64,000 nt of DNA from assembly GCA_900617105.1 (NCBI GenBank), contig UYFQ01000549.1, positions 1 to 64,000 on the forward strand, given 5' to 3'. The translations under genes were made by a program, and so were the position numbers. Positions 62,059 to 64,000 of this stretch are shown one piece after another. This stretch comes from Hydrurus foetidus (lineage: Eukaryota). Each line of letters begins with the position of its first letter. The stretch's first letter is position 1. Below the pieces are notes generated by a model. The model saw only the letters and a list, made by a program, of their open reading frames with translations. It was not told the origin of the DNA and ran no database searches.

Positions 62059-63566
62059 ATGGCGACAACAAAGCGCCAGTTGCAGGTCGTCAGATCCTTG
62101 TTGATTGCCGGAGCGGGCATGTCGATTCCATCATATGAAATGTCGCTCGGGCAAATCCAAGACAAAGTTATGACGCAAATGCATAGTCATGTATCCTCCT
62201 TCATCCAGCCGTCCTCTATACGCCTTCTGTCCAAAGATAAATACCTCCGAACCTGCAAATTCATGAATCATAGTGTCGAAGTGGATGATGAGCACACTGG
62301 CATTAGCCTGTGGAGAAAGTACGCCGACATTAAGAAGTATGTTACCAACGGCATCACTCCCTTCTATTTTAAATGTCTTGGGAAGGATGGTCTGATACCA
62401 TCGGGGAAATCCAAGGAAGAAATTTTGTTGAAGACTAGGGAGCTTTTGTTTAAGTCAGAACAGGATGCTTCAAAAAACCGCTCTACGGATCCAAGAGGTT
62501 ATGTGGTGAAAGAATTTTCACCTGACTGGTATCCTACCGAGTGGGAAGTGTTTCTAATGTATGGAGCAGCTTCAGTGAAGCCTGATAAAGCTTTTTTACA
62601 TTGAGTAAGTTGAAGCCTGATTATTTTAATCCTATGGTACGTTGCTAATAATAACTGTATTTTATCAGGAAGTCTTCTGGTCCATCGCCTATATCCTATC
62701 TTCCCGGAACCAACCAACAAAGTCTCAGTGCCGAAAGGCTCAGAGACATCTACAGAGAAAAGAAGAGACGCTAAGGAATAATGTCGAGCTGAAGAAACCC
62801 TCCAAACATGATCAACTCATCGATCAAGAATCTAAAGTCAGTGCCAACAACTTGGCTATCAACAAGGCAATGGTGGAGATGAAGTTGAGACAACAGGTAA
62901 ATTAAATAATAGAACACAACTATATCACACTTTAATTCATTGCATTCTTATATTTTTCCGCAGAGAATCCTTGAATTGGAGAAGTTGCTGAACCTTGAAT
63001 TCTTGCCGGATCAACAACGAGCCGACTCTCAGAAGGAGTACATGCTGTACTTAATTAATGGTGGGCCTGGCATTCAAAACTATCAGACGATGAAGGCAAC
63101 TGAACCCGAAGCGGAGAATGAAGTTCCAACTGCCGTAGTCCTCATTGATGTGGAAGAGAACAATCCGAATGATACCAGTACCCAGTCCCTTACCTCTCAT
63201 ATAACATTGGAGAAATTCAACACAGACGCGGACACAGACGACGATGCAAATGCGAATTATGGAACCATTATTACCGACTCATCCAATTCAAGAAATGATG
63301 TATTTACTCCTTCTGAGCCAACACAAGACACTACTGAAACAGCATATGAAATGTTCGAACGCCGTCAACGTCAGGTTCCTATCACCCGACCTTTCGTTTC
63401 CAGAAACGTTTCGTGCAGTTCCAATTCATCTCAACTTGTCAATTCAGGAAGGGTGACAAGAGGCTCTGCCCCAAAAAGATCACAGGCCGCTGTTACTGCG
63501 GATGAAGAGGATGATAACGTGGACTATTTCTCGGTGCCAAAAAAGGGCAGAAAGGGGAAGAAATAA
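62059..63566 (+). CDS. Putative Harbinger accessory protein (about 3 exons)
   Basis: ORFs 62059..62604, 62642..62905 and 62940..63566 are separated by short GT...AG intervals. C-terminal NLS-like PKKGRKGKK. Homologous to the 27852-29774 pseudogene. Confidence 0.6.
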
Positions 63567-63781
63567 GTGGATACCATATGATGTAATGTTTTTTAAATTA
63601 CAATTGTATGTCACATGATGTTAATGAATATTTTCGAAATGATAAACTAGCTTATAATCGACGTAGGAGTTAAATTTACAAAATAAAATAAAATTCTGAA
63701 ATCAAGATTCAGTGATCGGTTAACGGATTTTATGATTACAATATTTACAAAAAGTTGATTTTTAACACATTTCTTCTTAAA

Positions 63782-64000
63782 TCAATGCACGTCATTGATT
63801 GAATGTTTGAAGGCAAACTGATCTACCAATTTTTTATTTAATTCATTATAAGAAGTTTCATATTCTTCAACTTCTTCTCCATGCGAAATTTCAAATCTAT
63901 CTCTGACACGGTCAACTCCTATGAAACTATAATCAGCAACGGGTGATAAATTTTTGACTCTACTCAAATGCTGACGAGAAATAAACATAACTTCTGCAGC
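63782..64000 (-). CDS. C-terminus of a probable Harbinger transposase
   Basis: DYSFIG...YNELNKKLVDQF parallels DHSSVG...HDLFRDKLVKHL at the end of the 27-kb transposase. Confidence 0.5.
   Translation of the reverse strand, partial: AAEVMFISRQHLSRVKNLSPVADYSFIGVDRVRDRFEISHGEEVEEYETSYNELNKKLVDQFAFKHSINDVH

Larger units (their letters stand above)
61817..64000. mobile_element. PIF/Harbinger element, left part (continues beyond the window)
   Basis: TTA followed by GGCC... terminus (tentative), subterminal ATAGCGCC repeats, accessory gene on + and a transposase-like C-terminus on -. Confidence 0.6.

Overview
Eukaryotic nuclear DNA with spliceosomal GT-AG introns. A stramenopile/ochrophyte-like host is my inference from the retroelement types and gene style. 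The window has three zones. (1) 1-5.7 kb: the 5' part of a Ty1/Copia element on the minus strand. (2) 6.9-20.2 kb: a host gene island with a METTL18/HPM1-like methyltransferase, an organellar Era GTPase and a multi-exon GBF1/GNOM-type Sec7 ARF-GEF, plus two MITEs (one at 5.8-6.1 kb, one intronic). (3) 20.5-64 kb: nested, mostly decayed transposons (two Copia lineages, a chromoviral Gypsy fragment, two PIF/Harbinger elements, LTR fragments). At the centre of zone 3 is a 16.5-kb unit (34385-50912) bounded by ~320-380-bp inverted repeats. It holds a 12.7-kb, almost perfectly homogeneous 90-bp AT-rich satellite (~141 copies) and a 2.9-kb cassette flanked by direct repeats. The cassette carries an intact ORF with a HEPN-type RNxxxH motif, a convergent HEPN-like pseudogene, and a MITE containing telomere-like TTAGGG repeats. 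The Copia A/B/C family has an HSDD reverse-transcriptase active site (seen in B and C) and a CCCH Gag finger (seen in A). An RT/RH-less Copia has near-identical LTRs ending TG...TA. All protein assignments come from motifs read by eye; no database searches were run.
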